NCBI GenBank assembly: GCA_030704615.1
Contig: CM060731.1
Coordinates: 124,001 to 188,000, forward strand
DNA: 64,000 bases
Direction: 5' to 3'
From: Takakia lepidozioides
Lineage: Eukaryota > Plantae > Bryophyta
Part shown: positions 48,351 to 61,054 of the stretch, one piece after another
Position numbering within the stretch: the stretch's first letter is position 1
Layout: each line of letters starts with the position of its first letter
Translations under genes and position numbers: made by a program
Notes under the pieces: model-generated
What the model was told of the DNA's origin: nothing
Seen by the model: only the letters and a program-made list of their open reading frames with translations
Database searches by the model: none

Positions 48351-51128
48351 CCTTCTATCACAATCTTATTAGGATTTGGTATGGCAGGAGAAGCACAAGC
48401 CCAGAAAAAACTTTTGAATGACACAGACCAACACACGAAGGGATTCTACATCAACTTTCAGACATGGGAAGTGCAAACACGCACCACCGTGCTACATCAA
48501 AATGAGGTTGCATGTCCGACCATGAGTCCCAGTCATCACTTGTGACACTGTGCATGTGGGGAAAATTTCCCACCTTCATAGCCATAGCTGGTGTGGCTCG
48601 TATTCTAGGGGAGAGAGAATACACAATTGGCTACATCCATGCTGTTTGTGATCAGAGTTCATAAAGCCCTCATCCACGCCGCAGCGGAAGAGAAGACATG
48701 GATGGGACAAGTGAAGGTGTTTCCTGCATAGTACAATAGGCCTAAGTTTTCATGTTGATACAGTCACTCAAATAGCTTACCAGAAGGTTACCGACAGCCT
48801 ATGAGGTCACCACTTCCATGTAGCATCTACTTGAACCCCCTTTGTTGTCGTGCAATCACCGAAAATGCAAGGCAACATGGATCTACCATACAGTGCAGGT
48901 CTGATAGTTCTATGCAACTCATGGTCTTTCCTTTATCTCTCAACTGGCCCTCCCTTCATCATTCTTTTGCTGAACGGATCTCTCTTCTTCCCAATGTTTT
49001 CTCTCCCTTTCTGATGCAAGTGCCCTAGTTTCTTTTATCAGACCAGACAGCCCCTCTACATGCAATGCAGATATACCAAGGCACGCATCCAGTGGAATCC
49101 TCCTTGGAATCATAAGTACACACCACATTCTCTCTTAGCCTTTCTCTCCTTCCAAACAGAATCTCTCCTCATTCCAACAAACCCTCACTTTTCATTCTAA
49201 CCCTAGAATAACGAAGTTTCCTTAAGTTGAGCCCCCTCACTCTCTCAATGAAATGCTACAACAGAAATGGTTCCAGCATATACTGAGCAATGCAGATGCA
49301 TTGATAACTCCCAATTGTTCTACGAATCTGCCCTCAACAGTGTGTATGTTGCACACTCACCTCATACCCTGATGCTGACGGTTGCAGACCATGTCCCTCA
49401 CTTCGACCCTGTAACAAAGTGCAGCAATTCCCTTGGTGAATCTCCCTATACTGTTCATTTTGCAGACCTGTTTAACTATAAACACTAATGCACATTTTGC
49501 TCCAGATTCAGTGTCAAAATCAAAGCAAGACAAACACTATGCATTCAATGATTGTAGGTGGGCTGCATCTGCCTTCTATCACCATTCCCAAAGACATATG
49601 CATCATCTCTCATCCTCTCTACACCATTCTGGTTTGAAGCCCAGACCACCACTCCATTCCATTTTTCAAAACGTTCTCATACTCTCTCTACTAATTCCAA
49701 AGCCCTAAATCATTTCAGCGACATCTATCTAAGTAGAAGAAGAAGATCTCATTTTCACTTAGCTGATTTATAACATCCCTCAGGCGGTGGAGTTTCAGTT
49801 GCCATGATCCACACCACCTCCTCTGTTAGCCAAGTCCTTAATGTTCGTCGTCGCTGCCCTTACTGGCGTACTCTCAAAACAGGAACCATCAACATGACTA
49901 CACGACTATGGGTATGACTATATCACTACAACATACAACACTACAGATGTCACGTGGTCTTGGTCTATGATTTCTTCACCGCCCCCCATCTACTCTATCT
50001 TTCTGCGAGCTAGACCTCACGCACCATAAATACTAAGGCGGCACCGCAGCTTCTTCTGACAGCGTAAGCTCAACCCCTATTGCTACTGCTCTCATCGGTG
50101 CACCCCCAAACTGGGTCCATCAAGGCTCGGCGCTCGAATTCTTCACCGCCCCCCAGCGCTTTATCCTCCAGCAAGACAGGTTTCCACCGATCATAACCAC
50201 CATGACGGCATCACTGGCAGCAGCTCAAATTACCAAGCTGCCTCCCTAATCACCCCTTATCCCTCCACATTATTGCTTCTAAATCGGGCCTTGAGCCAAA
50301 AATCAAGAGTCAGAATACAGATCACGCACTTAGGCGTTGGGCCTGCCAACACTCCCCCCGCAGCTTCACTCTTGTCCTTCTCTGCTTACCCTTCGTCATG
50401 CAGCGGATGATTTCCATCCTGCAACCCATCTGCATAAAAATCTCAATTTTCCACAAGACAAATGTCAAAAATAAATTTAGTGGATGGTGTAACCCCCCAC
50501 ACATTCACACTACATATGTAGTGTGTCTCCATTTTTAAGTGTCAGGGTCCTCACTGACCATGTCCACTGGCTGCCCACTCTTACTTGGTACAAACAGCTT
50601 TGGGTCTCTTCTGCTTCTAACCCACTCCTTTCCTGCTCCATCCTTAAGCTTGTAGCTACATTCACCTTCTCTTCCAGGATCATAAGGTACACCCAAGAGA
50701 TAAAGTCTCACCTTCCATCGGTTTCTGCTCCAAATCCTTTGGAATTGTTTCCTTATAGCATCACTTATCACTCTCATTTGTTGACATTGGTTCAACACAT
50801 GCCCTTCCATGTTTGCTTCATGCTAATCACCATACGTCTCGTACTCTTTGACAAGTGATCCGTCCTTCTAGTTGTAGAAACTGCCTGCTGTAGAGAATCC
50901 GTGATAGTCAGTTTTCCAGAGAGTTTGCTCACGTTCATCAAATTGGAGATTAGCGTTCATCCAGCCCAAAGTTGGAGTCAAATGATTTGATTTCAGATCA
51001 TCCCAAGCATCAAGGCCATTCCTTTCCACAATGGGTTGGCAAGTCTTTGTTCCACATCCAACAAAAATACTGTCTCCCTCCCATTGTCTTGCTTTGGTGA
51101 TGAATGTAGAATGTCTTAGTAGAATCCA

Positions 51129-52082
51129 TCACAGCATCACAAGTGCTAAATCCACCTTTGAAATTGACACTGTGTTGCAAGCATTACTTGAAGTAGTGTG
51201 AATGTCATGCTTTTCCCCAAGTTGCCTCCTGCCTTTCATCTCTCGTTTAAAGCAAACCAGACTTACAGGTGATTGAAAACTTTGTTTCCTTTGTACTTGA
51301 CATTGAAGCGCGCCCATTGAGTCTTCTCTCATCTCCAAATCTGATCCTTCATTTACAGATGAATCAAAATGTGACATCTCCATATTACGTGGTGTCTGAG
51401 TTGGCACAATAGCCATAGGATGATGCTCCCCCTTTTCAGTGTTCAGACGTCCATCATTCAAACATTTGTCCATGATGATGTCCTCACAGATTGCGCCCTG
51501 TTCATGAGCATTCCACTTCTGGTCCAAAAATGTTGGCACCGTGGCAGCAACTTGTCCCCGTTTCACTCCCTTTGTGTCATGAGGTCTGTCCATGCCATCC
51601 CTTCTTTCTTCACCAACTGCTATGCTTGCTGCAAAGCTGACTCTTCTATCTGCATATGGAGGCTGTTCCAGGGCACTGACCTGCCCTCCTTTCAATGTTC
51701 CCTTTTTCTGCCCCACTTCGCTGATAGATCCGATCCCATTCCCACCATCTACGTGGTCCACAGGCCATGTATTCCCCTTATCGTCACCCATATCAGGTCC
51801 ATGCCTCTCAAGTTCATGCCTCACAGGTTTCAGAATGTGGGCTCCCTTCCCGCTCCCCTGTGCTGCCAAACTTGCATGCGTATTGCAGCACAGTAACGTC
51901 ACTTGGTTGGGATTCACCTCTTCATTTCCAGCATCTGCAAACAGCTCACTTCTTCTCTGAATTACCTCTGCTAGCAACACTGGCCTCACTTCGCTGGTTT
52001 GAACAATACTGATGGGTGGCAGGTTACTGTGACACCTGGTGCTGCAAAACCTTGTGTCCACATTCTGCTGATGGCTGCCCAC
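51129..52082 (-). other. 317-codon open frame of unknown function, probably a large disordered exon or decayed gene (similar composition continues to ~50300 with stops)
   Basis: Long uninterrupted frame, polar/charged composition, no recognisable motif. Confidence 0.3.
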
Positions 52083-52159
52083 CGGTGGGCTCTCGTTGCA
52101 AACATTGGTGACACTTAACTCCCATGGAATCCTTCCACAATATTGAAGGGTACCACCCT

Positions 52160-52464
52160 GGCATACATGTCAATGACGGTGTTGCTCAGATTGTCATTTG
52201 GTAAAATTCCAGCCCTCTTGATGTCATCATAGACCTGCCTTCCCTCTTTAAGAGATTCAGGGCTGGTGTACGCCTTGCAAATGGAAGTGATCGTGACATG
52301 GGCGGGCTTAATAGCCTCCCACATCAACTGCCCATCCATCTCCAGAGCCTGAATTTCACAACCATGCTGGGCATTTCTTGCAATCATCACATTTGATGAC
52401 ATCACATCTCGTTCAGCCGTGTTGATGAACACTCCCTTTGCATTCTTGATACCCCCACACTTGG
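52160..52464 (-). pseudogene. PLS-class pentatricopeptide repeat (PPR) fragment
   Basis: KCGGIKNAKGVFINTAERDVMSSNVMIARNAQHGCEIQALEM...IKPAHVTITSICKAYTSPESLKEGRQVYDDIKRAGILPNDNLSNTVIDMYAR follows the S-P-L motif consensus. Confidence 0.85.
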
Positions 52465-53194
52465 TGAATGCCACCACTGCGCATTTACTGACATTGGCCT
52501 CTAGCCCCCAAAGATCAAAGTATCTCTTTGCGCAATCTATCAGCCCCTGGAGGTTGGAAGGAGTCTCCCCTATGCCTGCGGAGTCATCCAAAAATGTAAG
52601 GGCTGGTATGGTGGCATCACCCACCCTTAATCCAAATCCCTCACTTTCCACATCCTCCAGTAGTTCATTGATGAAAACATTGAAGAGCAGAGGGGAGAGG
52701 GTACATCCTTGAGCTACACCTTGGTCTATGTCAAAGAAATTAGATTTCAGTCCATTGACCGTCTCTCCATACAGTGTCATAGGCCTTTTTGACATCCAGG
52801 AAAAAGACAAAAGTAGGTTTCCCTTCTTTTTCCTTCCTTGTATAATCTGGCTGAGTGTGAAGATATGATCCACGTAGCCCCTGTTCGGCCGAAAGCCAGC
52901 TTGGCCTTCATGGAAACAACCTCTGGACTCCAGATCAACCTCGAGACGAGTACTTATAATTCTGCAGAATATCTTGCCAACTGCATTAAGAAGCGTGATG
53001 CCCCGATAGTTACCCGGCTCTTCTCTGTCACATTTCTTATAAAAATTGACAATGACCCCTTGCCGCCAGCGAAAGGGGGTAATTTCAGTCCTCCATATAA
53101 GGTTAAAGAGAAGAACAAGGGCCTCTATCATAGGGTCACCACCACGCTTGATAAGCTCATTGACAATGCCATCAGGGCCACCAGATGTATCCAT
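52465..53194 (-). pseudogene. LINE (RTE-like) reverse transcriptase fragment with an internal deletion
   Basis: SGGPDGI, GVIVNFYKKCDREEPGNYRGITLLNAVGKIF, EGQAGFRPNRGYVDHIFTL, QGVAQGCTLSPLLFNVFI, TFLDD, LEANVSKC. Confidence 0.9.
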
Positions 53195-53519
53195 TGAGCA
53201 GGCAAAAGAAACAGAGCCTCAGATGCACAGGAGGCGATGATCCAAACTAGCATCAGTGGCTCTGCCACACTATGACTGATGCCTACAGGCCAAGAGGGCA
53301 GTTAACCACTGATCCTCGAACACCGGGCAACATGTAACTAGGTCCAAGTGTGTTAGGTCAAAGTTCTGCAACCTTACAAGAGGTTGCGAGTCACTTTGAA
53401 TTGCAGACAGTTGGGGAATCTGCCGGGGGCCAGCAGTAGTCCTGAAGACATCGTGGGCAAGGACTAAGTTCACACCATTGCTCACCAACTTAGATCTCAT
53501 TTTATTTTATTTCTGGAAG

Positions 53520-55393
53520 GTCCTATGTGGTGGATCTTGCTTTGCATTGGTAGGTGGGCTCTGTTGCTCTGTAGTGACTAACTATGAGCTGGAATAGGCA
53601 AACGAATCTCTAGTTGCCATTAGGGCTCTCATAGCATGGGTTTGTCACTGGGATTTGGGGCATTTAGTAACTGACCATGAGCTCCAGCTCGGGAAAACAA
53701 CCTTCGGTAGTGTGTAGAGTTAATCGTAGAAGAGTTATAATCAATGTGTAGCAGTGGCTTGTCATTCTCGACGTTTAGTTGCTGCATCTGCATTTAATCT
53801 TCAACCATGCATTAATAGTAGGTAGATTGCTCTGCACTTATGCTTGGGGAGTTTGCATTTGGGTGTGACCTCTGCAGTTGGGCTCCCTGCTTACTCATTC
53901 TTCCACTTTCTCCTCCGATCTCCCAAAGCTGGCAACGCTGGTCTCTTGATGGGTAAGCGTAGTAAAATTAATTCCACCAATTTTTGATGTTAAAAGGCAT
54001 GTTGTCACACTGGTGGTTCAGCCAAATGTTGAAGGATTTTATATGAAAATCACTGCAGCCGAATAATGAGTTCATCTTGCAATAGTTCATAACAATGGCA
54101 CTAACACATGTGAGGAGCAACATCATTTATAACTCAAGGTGATAGATTGCTGCCATGGCCTGATTGCGGCTCTGAGGACCATTGTGTGAAGACTGGATGG
54201 TGGGACAAAGTTAGCAGGCAATGGAATGGAAATTTTAATGTTCATTTGATTGGTGGAAATTTAGTGAAGTCTCAAACGATAATGTACCTAGTGCATTGGT
54301 CTCTGATCTGACGAGTCGCTACTGTGCTTATATTTGTTCATGCATCACCAACTAATGGTACAGAACTGACGATGTTCAATAGGCCGCAAGATCGCTTGGT
54401 AGACTGGTTTTTTTCAGGTCACCATTTTGGCACTACAGTAGTCTATGTCCCCTTGTGTGGCCTGATATAAGTTTTTATGCTAGAGCTATATTAACAACAA
54501 AGTGAGTCCAAGGAACATGTAGACCCTACTCTTGGCTTCAACTACTTGTGCTGAAAAGAAACAGACAGGAATGACCGTTGAAGCTTATGAAAAGTAATCA
54601 TGTGTATTGCCTATGTGCAGTTTGAGGATTTCTTGGAACAAAGAAGTGGAGTTGGATCCACAGGTATGGCTATTTGTGTTTATGCAAGTACCGAGGGTTA
54701 ATTTGGCATAGGGAAGTGAAGGGGAGGTTTTTGGGGTTGGAAATGGACTTGTTTGTAACGTTGACAGCTTCTAAATTTTCTGTCTTGTTGGTGCAATTGT
54801 AAGACTGCACACACCAACTCCAGCTTTTCAATTTGGCCTATTATCTTCAAGCTGATCCAGTGAGGTGGGACCTACTAGGAAAGGCACAGTCAGTTCATTG
54901 AGTTGTTTGCCAATAACTGGTTCTCAGCAGGGTTTAGGATTTCAGATAAGGTTAAAGAGAAGTAGAAGGGCATATATCACCATGCTTGAATTTTTTGAAC
55001 TGTGTCATTCCATTCTTTAGAAGACCCCTCGCTGTTAGGCCTGCAAGTTCATTACATGAAATAGTGAATCTCATGTAAGGTTGTAGGGTTTTTTTCTCAC
55101 ATTGTCTCTTATGGTTGCAGGGGCCTAATTCCAGCTAGCATTGTATGTACTCGTTCTTGATAGGGCTTTGCATTGGTAGGTGGGCTCTACTGCCCTGCCC
55201 TGTAGTGACTAACTATGAGCTGGATTTTTTCAGGTCACCATTTTCGCACTACAGTAGTCTATGTCCCCTGCAACCATAAGAGACAATGTGAGAAAAAAAA
55301 CCCTACAATGGTACAACCTTACATGTGATTCATTATTTCATGTAATGAACTTGCAGGCCTAACAGTGAGGGGTCTTCTAAAGGATGGAATGAC
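53520..55393 (+). repeat. Dispersed copy of the 39.5-41.5 kb repeat unit, ending in a ~120-bp inverted duplication
   Basis: 54408-55135 is collinear with 39795-40570. 55266-55393 is the reverse complement of 55004-55122. Confidence 0.88.
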
Positions 55394-58300
55394 CACTAGA
55401 AGAAAAACGCGGAATAACCACTGGCCCTTTTAACCACTCTTGTCTTTTATCACTCTATAAATCACTCCAAGTAATGGTAACCACTGGTCAGTGGTTAATT
55501 CCGATAAAATACCACTGTGGCATCATATGGAGTGGTTGGAAGTGGTTTCAACCACTGAGTAACCCACGTGTAATATTTAATTTTATATTTATTATTCGAC
55601 ATTTGGTCAAATATTTATATTAATAATGATAATATCCGACATGGATGGGTACAGTGATAAATTATGAGTGGTTAAAGACACCTCAGTGATGGGAAGTGGT
55701 TGAAACCACTTTCTATTCCACATGTAATAAATATTTTTTTTAGATTTTTATCATTTCAAAATATATTATTCCACGTGGACGAGGATAGTATGCGTAGATC
55801 ATGAGTGGTTAAAGACCCCCCCAGTGATTGGTACCACTTGCACAGTGGTGGAATGTGAGTGGTTAAGACCCTTTTGTAACTGGAACCACTCTTTAAGTGG
55901 GCACTTGTGAGTGGTTACATACACGTGAGTGATTGGTACCACTTCTGTAGTGGGTTGTGAGTGGTTGAAGACACCTCAGTGATGGGGGTGATTGAAACCA
56001 CTTGCTACTCCACGTCTAATAATTCAATTTTTATTTAAGATTTATCATTTCAAAATATATTTTAATTATGAACTATATTATTCCACGTGGACGGGGACAG
56101 TATACGTAGATCTGGAGTGGTTAAAGGCCCCCATTGATGGGTACCACTTTGAGAGTGGTGTAGAGTGAGTCGTTACAGACCATTTAGTAACTGGAACCAC
56201 TCGACCAGTGGTTACGCGCGAGTGATTACATACACACCAGTGATTGGTATTACTTCTGTGGTGATACATGAAAAACTTTAGTGGTTTGTGTGTTGATGGA
56301 AAACACAAAATCCATCCATCTATCGCTACATTCATCCATCCAGTCATGAGTGAGGGGACTTAGCGTTTTTTTTGTCTTCCCTGCCACTGTGGCATCTGTT
56401 TGTTTTCTTTGTGTTGTAGTGTGAATGCAGGGGAGTGACATTGAAATTTTTGTTGTTACTCACTGAGATTCTGCATTTCTACAAAGGAAGGGCCCTGGTA
56501 CCAATGTGAAAATAGGTTGAGTTGTCCTTGCAATTTATTCCATACATGTTTCTAGGTTAAATCATGGGAACGATGGGGAACTCTTGGCCAGGATGAAAAT
56601 GCTCAAGTACTTGCGATTTATTTCATCCACCAGATGGACGGATTTCATCCCTGATTTTACAGATTACTCTATGAGCGCGATGAAAGTCCGCGGCCTGGAT
56701 GAAAGTCGATCAAACTCATCATCTACCTATTTTTATCCCGACGATGAACGGACTTCATCCCTGCAAGAAGTATGATGGCGGGGAAGCCCTACGGGTGTTG
56801 TGGGAAGTAGAATGGTGTGGTGTGTGCAACAGGGAGCTTGGCGCGCGTGCATTGAGGTATATCGATTGAGGAGCATGGTGTGGCATGAGGTGCGGCTGAC
56901 AGAGGAGGAGCAATGCTTGGAAGGGTGTGCAGCTGCGATTACAGGGAAGCGGTGCCGTCTTTTGATGATCTATTTCTGAAAGATCAACTCACGAGGGAAG
57001 GACTTGCTTTGAAGAAAGGGAGTGCTGCAGGACGATTCATTAAGGGCAAAGGAGGCTTGATGCCATGTGCTACTGACAGAAGTGATGGAGGCTTAGTCAA
57101 TCAGTTTAGTCAAAGGTCGGGGCTTCTTCTTCTTCTTCTTCTTTCACTTAGGAATAGTTGTTGTGGAATTTTGGTAGAGACACTCTCAATGGAAATAAGA
57201 GAGACAAAAAAAGGATTTTGGAAAATGGAATGGGGACTCTGGACTTCAATCTCCAGGAGATTGTGGAGATGAATGGATCTGATGCATATGTCTGTGGGAG
57301 TGGTGATTGAGGGCAAATGTAGTTCACCCACAATGACATAATGGTTGCTATTTGTTTTGTTTTTGTTCCTTTGGCTACAACATTATGAATCTGAACCACA
57401 ATGCGGCTCTGGGATTTTGATGGTTAGATGTACATGCAATCCGGTATAGTTGATGTGAGCACTAGTGAGGGTTAGCTATGATTTCTTTGTAAACAGAAAG
57501 AGGAAGGTGTGGATGGCTGGATGCAAGGAGTAGGGCACATTGAATCATAATGCTTGCACACTGTAAGGCAATTAGATTTCAAGAGGGCAGTGTACCTACT
57601 ATGGGGGTAGGCTGTAGCTTTTCTGAAAGAAGACATCAGGTGGCATGCATTTGTTCCCTACTGCTTGTATCAATAAGCTTAGAAACATTCATGGACTGAG
57701 ATCTGCAATTAGTGGGGCATAAGGGTCTTTCAAAAAGTTAAAATGCAGTTTTAAGGAGGAGTCAAAAGTGGGGGCACTGTGATATCATGCCCTCTTCATG
57801 CAAAAGGAAAGAGAAGAGAAATCTGAAATAGAGAAGCTAGGGTTTTGCATTTTGATTTAAGTAGATGTGAATGATGTCAAAATACCATGCATCAGTGTAC
57901 AATCCATGGGCAGGATATGAAGGGGTAGCAATGTCATGCCAAAGGGGGTCTGTTTCTTAGATAGTTGTAGTATTAATAAAGAAGGAAAATAAGAGCTCAT
58001 GTGTAGAAACTAGGGCCTTTGCATTCTGGTTTACAGTAGAGTAAGTGGCACACATATTTCTGCATCACTTACCTAGTCCAAGTATGGGCCAGTGGGGTAT
58101 CTCTGATATGTTTACACTGTGGATAGGATCAATTTCTGTATAAGGATCAGAATGTACACCCTGTGATTTTCCAATGATGACATTTGTAGGGAAGAAGAAC
58201 CCTGGCATATATGATGATCTGTTCACTAAAGAGACCCAATAACAATTTAGATAACCTCAGCCCTGTCCATGTCTTCTCTTCCGCTGCGGCATGGATAAGG

Positions 58301-59534
58301 GTATAAAGTCTCTGGTCATAAATAGATTTAGAATGAATTAAGTAGGGTCTGAGTCATTTTAGAAAGAACAAGTAGGTTGATGTCTTAGGGCAGGGCCATG
58401 GATCACTGCTCAAGAAACAGTTAACTATAGTTTACCAGAAGGGTTTCATGCCCCTTCTTTTTCACACTACAGTGTGGCTTTTCCTTAATGTAGGATGTGA
58501 AGAAGTTTGTCCATCCTGCAAATGTGGGCTTTTGGCTCCTGTTAGTACGGTATTCTTCCTGATGTTTACAAGGTTCTTGGGAGAATCAGCTTGGTCTTAG
58601 CAGCCCGCTGATTCATTTCTTGATTCAACCTATTTCAGTCTGTTTTGCCCTCTTATCAGACTCGGGCTTGATATGCATATTGAAATCTGTAAGTTAGCTC
58701 GTTGGTGCAAGAGAGAGAGTTAGCTTGGTCTTAGCAGGCCGTGCCATGTTTAAAGCTGGAATTGTACCTAATGTCATTCTGAACACTGCCTGGCAGCTCT
58801 GGAAAAAGGGAAAGAGGTCGACATGTTTGCAAAATGAAGGCCTTGATTGGTGCCTGCAGAATCCATGGCAATGTGGAGATGGCTGAACGTGCGGCATGAA
58901 GGTACCTTCTTCAACACATTTCACCTTGTTTTTCCCTATTACCAGAGTAGTCCCTAAATTTTCATGTAGAATTCTGCAAGTTAGCTCGTTTGTGATGTGA
59001 GGTTGCATGAGTTTTATACCGATCCTTCACAATGGTGGGACAACCGCAATCACCAAGTGTGGCTTTTCTTAATGTACGATGTGAAGAAGTTCGTCCATCC
59101 TGCAAAGGTGGGCTCTTCGTACCTGTGAGTATGATTTGGTATTCTTCATAATGTTTACAAGGTTCTTGGGAGAGTCAGCTTGCAGGTCTTAGCAGGCCAT
59201 GTTTCAATCTCTGCCTGCTCAGCTGTACCACGGTGGTTCTCACAGACCAATCCAACATTACCTTACTACAGACAAACAACACGCACAAGAGGTCATTTTG
59301 GGTTGATGGTCGGTCAAATCCTCCATGGGTCAAGGACAATGTGGTGAGGGCACGTTTCAGCCTGTTTTGCCCTCTCATCAGACTTGGCCCTGAGATGCAT
59401 GTTGAATTCTGCATGGGTGATAAGTAGGGTTGGGTGTTTGCTGGAACAATTGTAGGCTGTCATTGTCAGCCGCTAGCAGCAAGGGAAGGATGTATGCATG
59501 ATTTGTGCAGAGCTTGGATAGCTGAGGGAGCAGG
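55394..59534. mobile_element. Left end and internal sequence of a second CACTA element, interrupted by the chromovirus insertion
   Basis: Starts CACTAGAAGAAAAACGC, followed by ~900 bp of dense AACCACT/AGTGGTT subterminal repeats in both orientations. The right TIR is not in the window, so the extent beyond ~56300 is inferred. Confidence 0.7.
58834..58896 (+). pseudogene. PPR E-domain fragment
   Basis: MKALIGACRIHGNVEMAERAA matches the E1 consensus WxALLGACRIHGNVEMAERAA. Confidence 0.7.
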
Positions 59535-61020
59535 TGTCGCGCACCTCACTTCGGTACGCTCCCCTTCAAGTCATAGTTACTCGCTTTGATGTGCGCACCT
59601 AACTCCCAACCTAGCCGCCGGGCCAACTCGGAGCTTCGGCTGCTCACCGGAACATAACGGTCTCCCTTTACTCTTCCAAAAGATCCTCCACCAATTTGGG
59701 CATAGTGGAAATTCCCTTTGGTAGATGGCAGTCCGGAATAGCTCCCCACTCCTTGGTCGCTTTCCAGCTCGCTCGCTTACTCACTAGTTTTTGGTCACCA
59801 ACGGGTTTGCACCGTTCTCGGGGTTAATACTCCCTATATATACTTCTGTGACTGTCCGCGGGGGTTTCACAAACAACCCTGCCATTTTATGGCGAACCAC
59901 CACGAAGACCCTCGACTCCCGGTGAAGAGTCGCGGTGAGTCTTGACCATCCACCACGGCCCCATTGGACCGTGATGAGTCCCAAGACTCCCCAGGACTCC
60001 CACCACAAGGTCTCCGCCCCATGATGAGTCCTATGCCACCCCCACTAAATCCCGCTAAGCTACCACCACCCCTTGTGGAGCCACCCCCATCGCAACCCGG
60101 TGTGCGGGGCTCCACCTAGTGATCGCCTCTGCCTCCTTGAGTGCCTTGGGCACTCAAGGGTGCTTCAGCTCCCCGTACCTATCGTTGCCACTGCCCCCAC
60201 CACAGGGGCAGCCCCAAGTTGTGGCATCCCACATCAAGGAGTTTGTTTCCATACCATGGCGTCCAATGGCAAAGATCCAAACCCCCACTTGACTCAACTC
60301 TCCACTAGCTAGTTCAGCCGACTTCCTCCAAGTCCCGGCCAAGGGTGGGCTTCTCAAGCTCCTCCCAGTGCACTCTTCTTGGCCCACTTCAAGGCCAAGG
60401 AACGATCCTCCCCGAGGATCGAATTGCCTTACTGCAACAATATTGCTTGCGACCGCTCATGATGCCGCTTTTGGCATCACCTTTAGCAAGGGTTCACCTT
60501 GAACCCCTTTTTGACTAGGAAGGTAACCTTGAACCAACCGTGCGCCCCAATCACTACAATTGGGTCCGCCTTGGAATGCTGGCCTGAGGTACGGGAACAC
60601 GCCAAAGCCGCACTACGACTTCATCCCGAGGCTACACGATTATAGTACGTGAACGGAAGCACGTAGCTTCCGCGTTAGCCTGGACTACAAGGCAACCCCC
60701 TCGGTAGCGCAGTTATAGTGCGCGCACGCGCCAAGTGCGCACTAGCACGTGAACTCCCAAAGAAGGCGCAAGTTTCCTTGCCCCTTGGATAAGAGTCACC
60801 CGATTTCGGCACTACGCAAACACACGATTAATCCAATTTACCTCTCCCACTTTTGTAAGCTAGCATGCATTCTACACACTAGCCAACCATACCATGCATC
60901 ACCATTCCAAACAAAATAGGACGCACATCATTTGGAAACCATTTCATTTATAACAAAATTTGTACAATACAAGTTTTTGCAATTGGATTCCTGAGCTAGC
61001 TAAGCCGGGCTAAGCATGCA
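59535..61020 (-). mobile_element. 3' LTR of a chromovirus Ty3/gypsy element
   Basis: TGCATGCTTAGCC...GTGCGCGACA on the minus strand, PPT at 61021-61040. Same family as 909-2481, with an internal deletion near 60215. Confidence 0.93.
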
Positions 61021-61054
61021 TTTCCTCCCCCACGCTCCAAGGTTGATGTCCCCA

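Noticed and set aside
909-61020. The two chromovirus LTRs as ends of one giant element
   Set aside because: They are in opposite orientation and each is preceded by its own PPT, so both are 3' LTRs of separate insertions.
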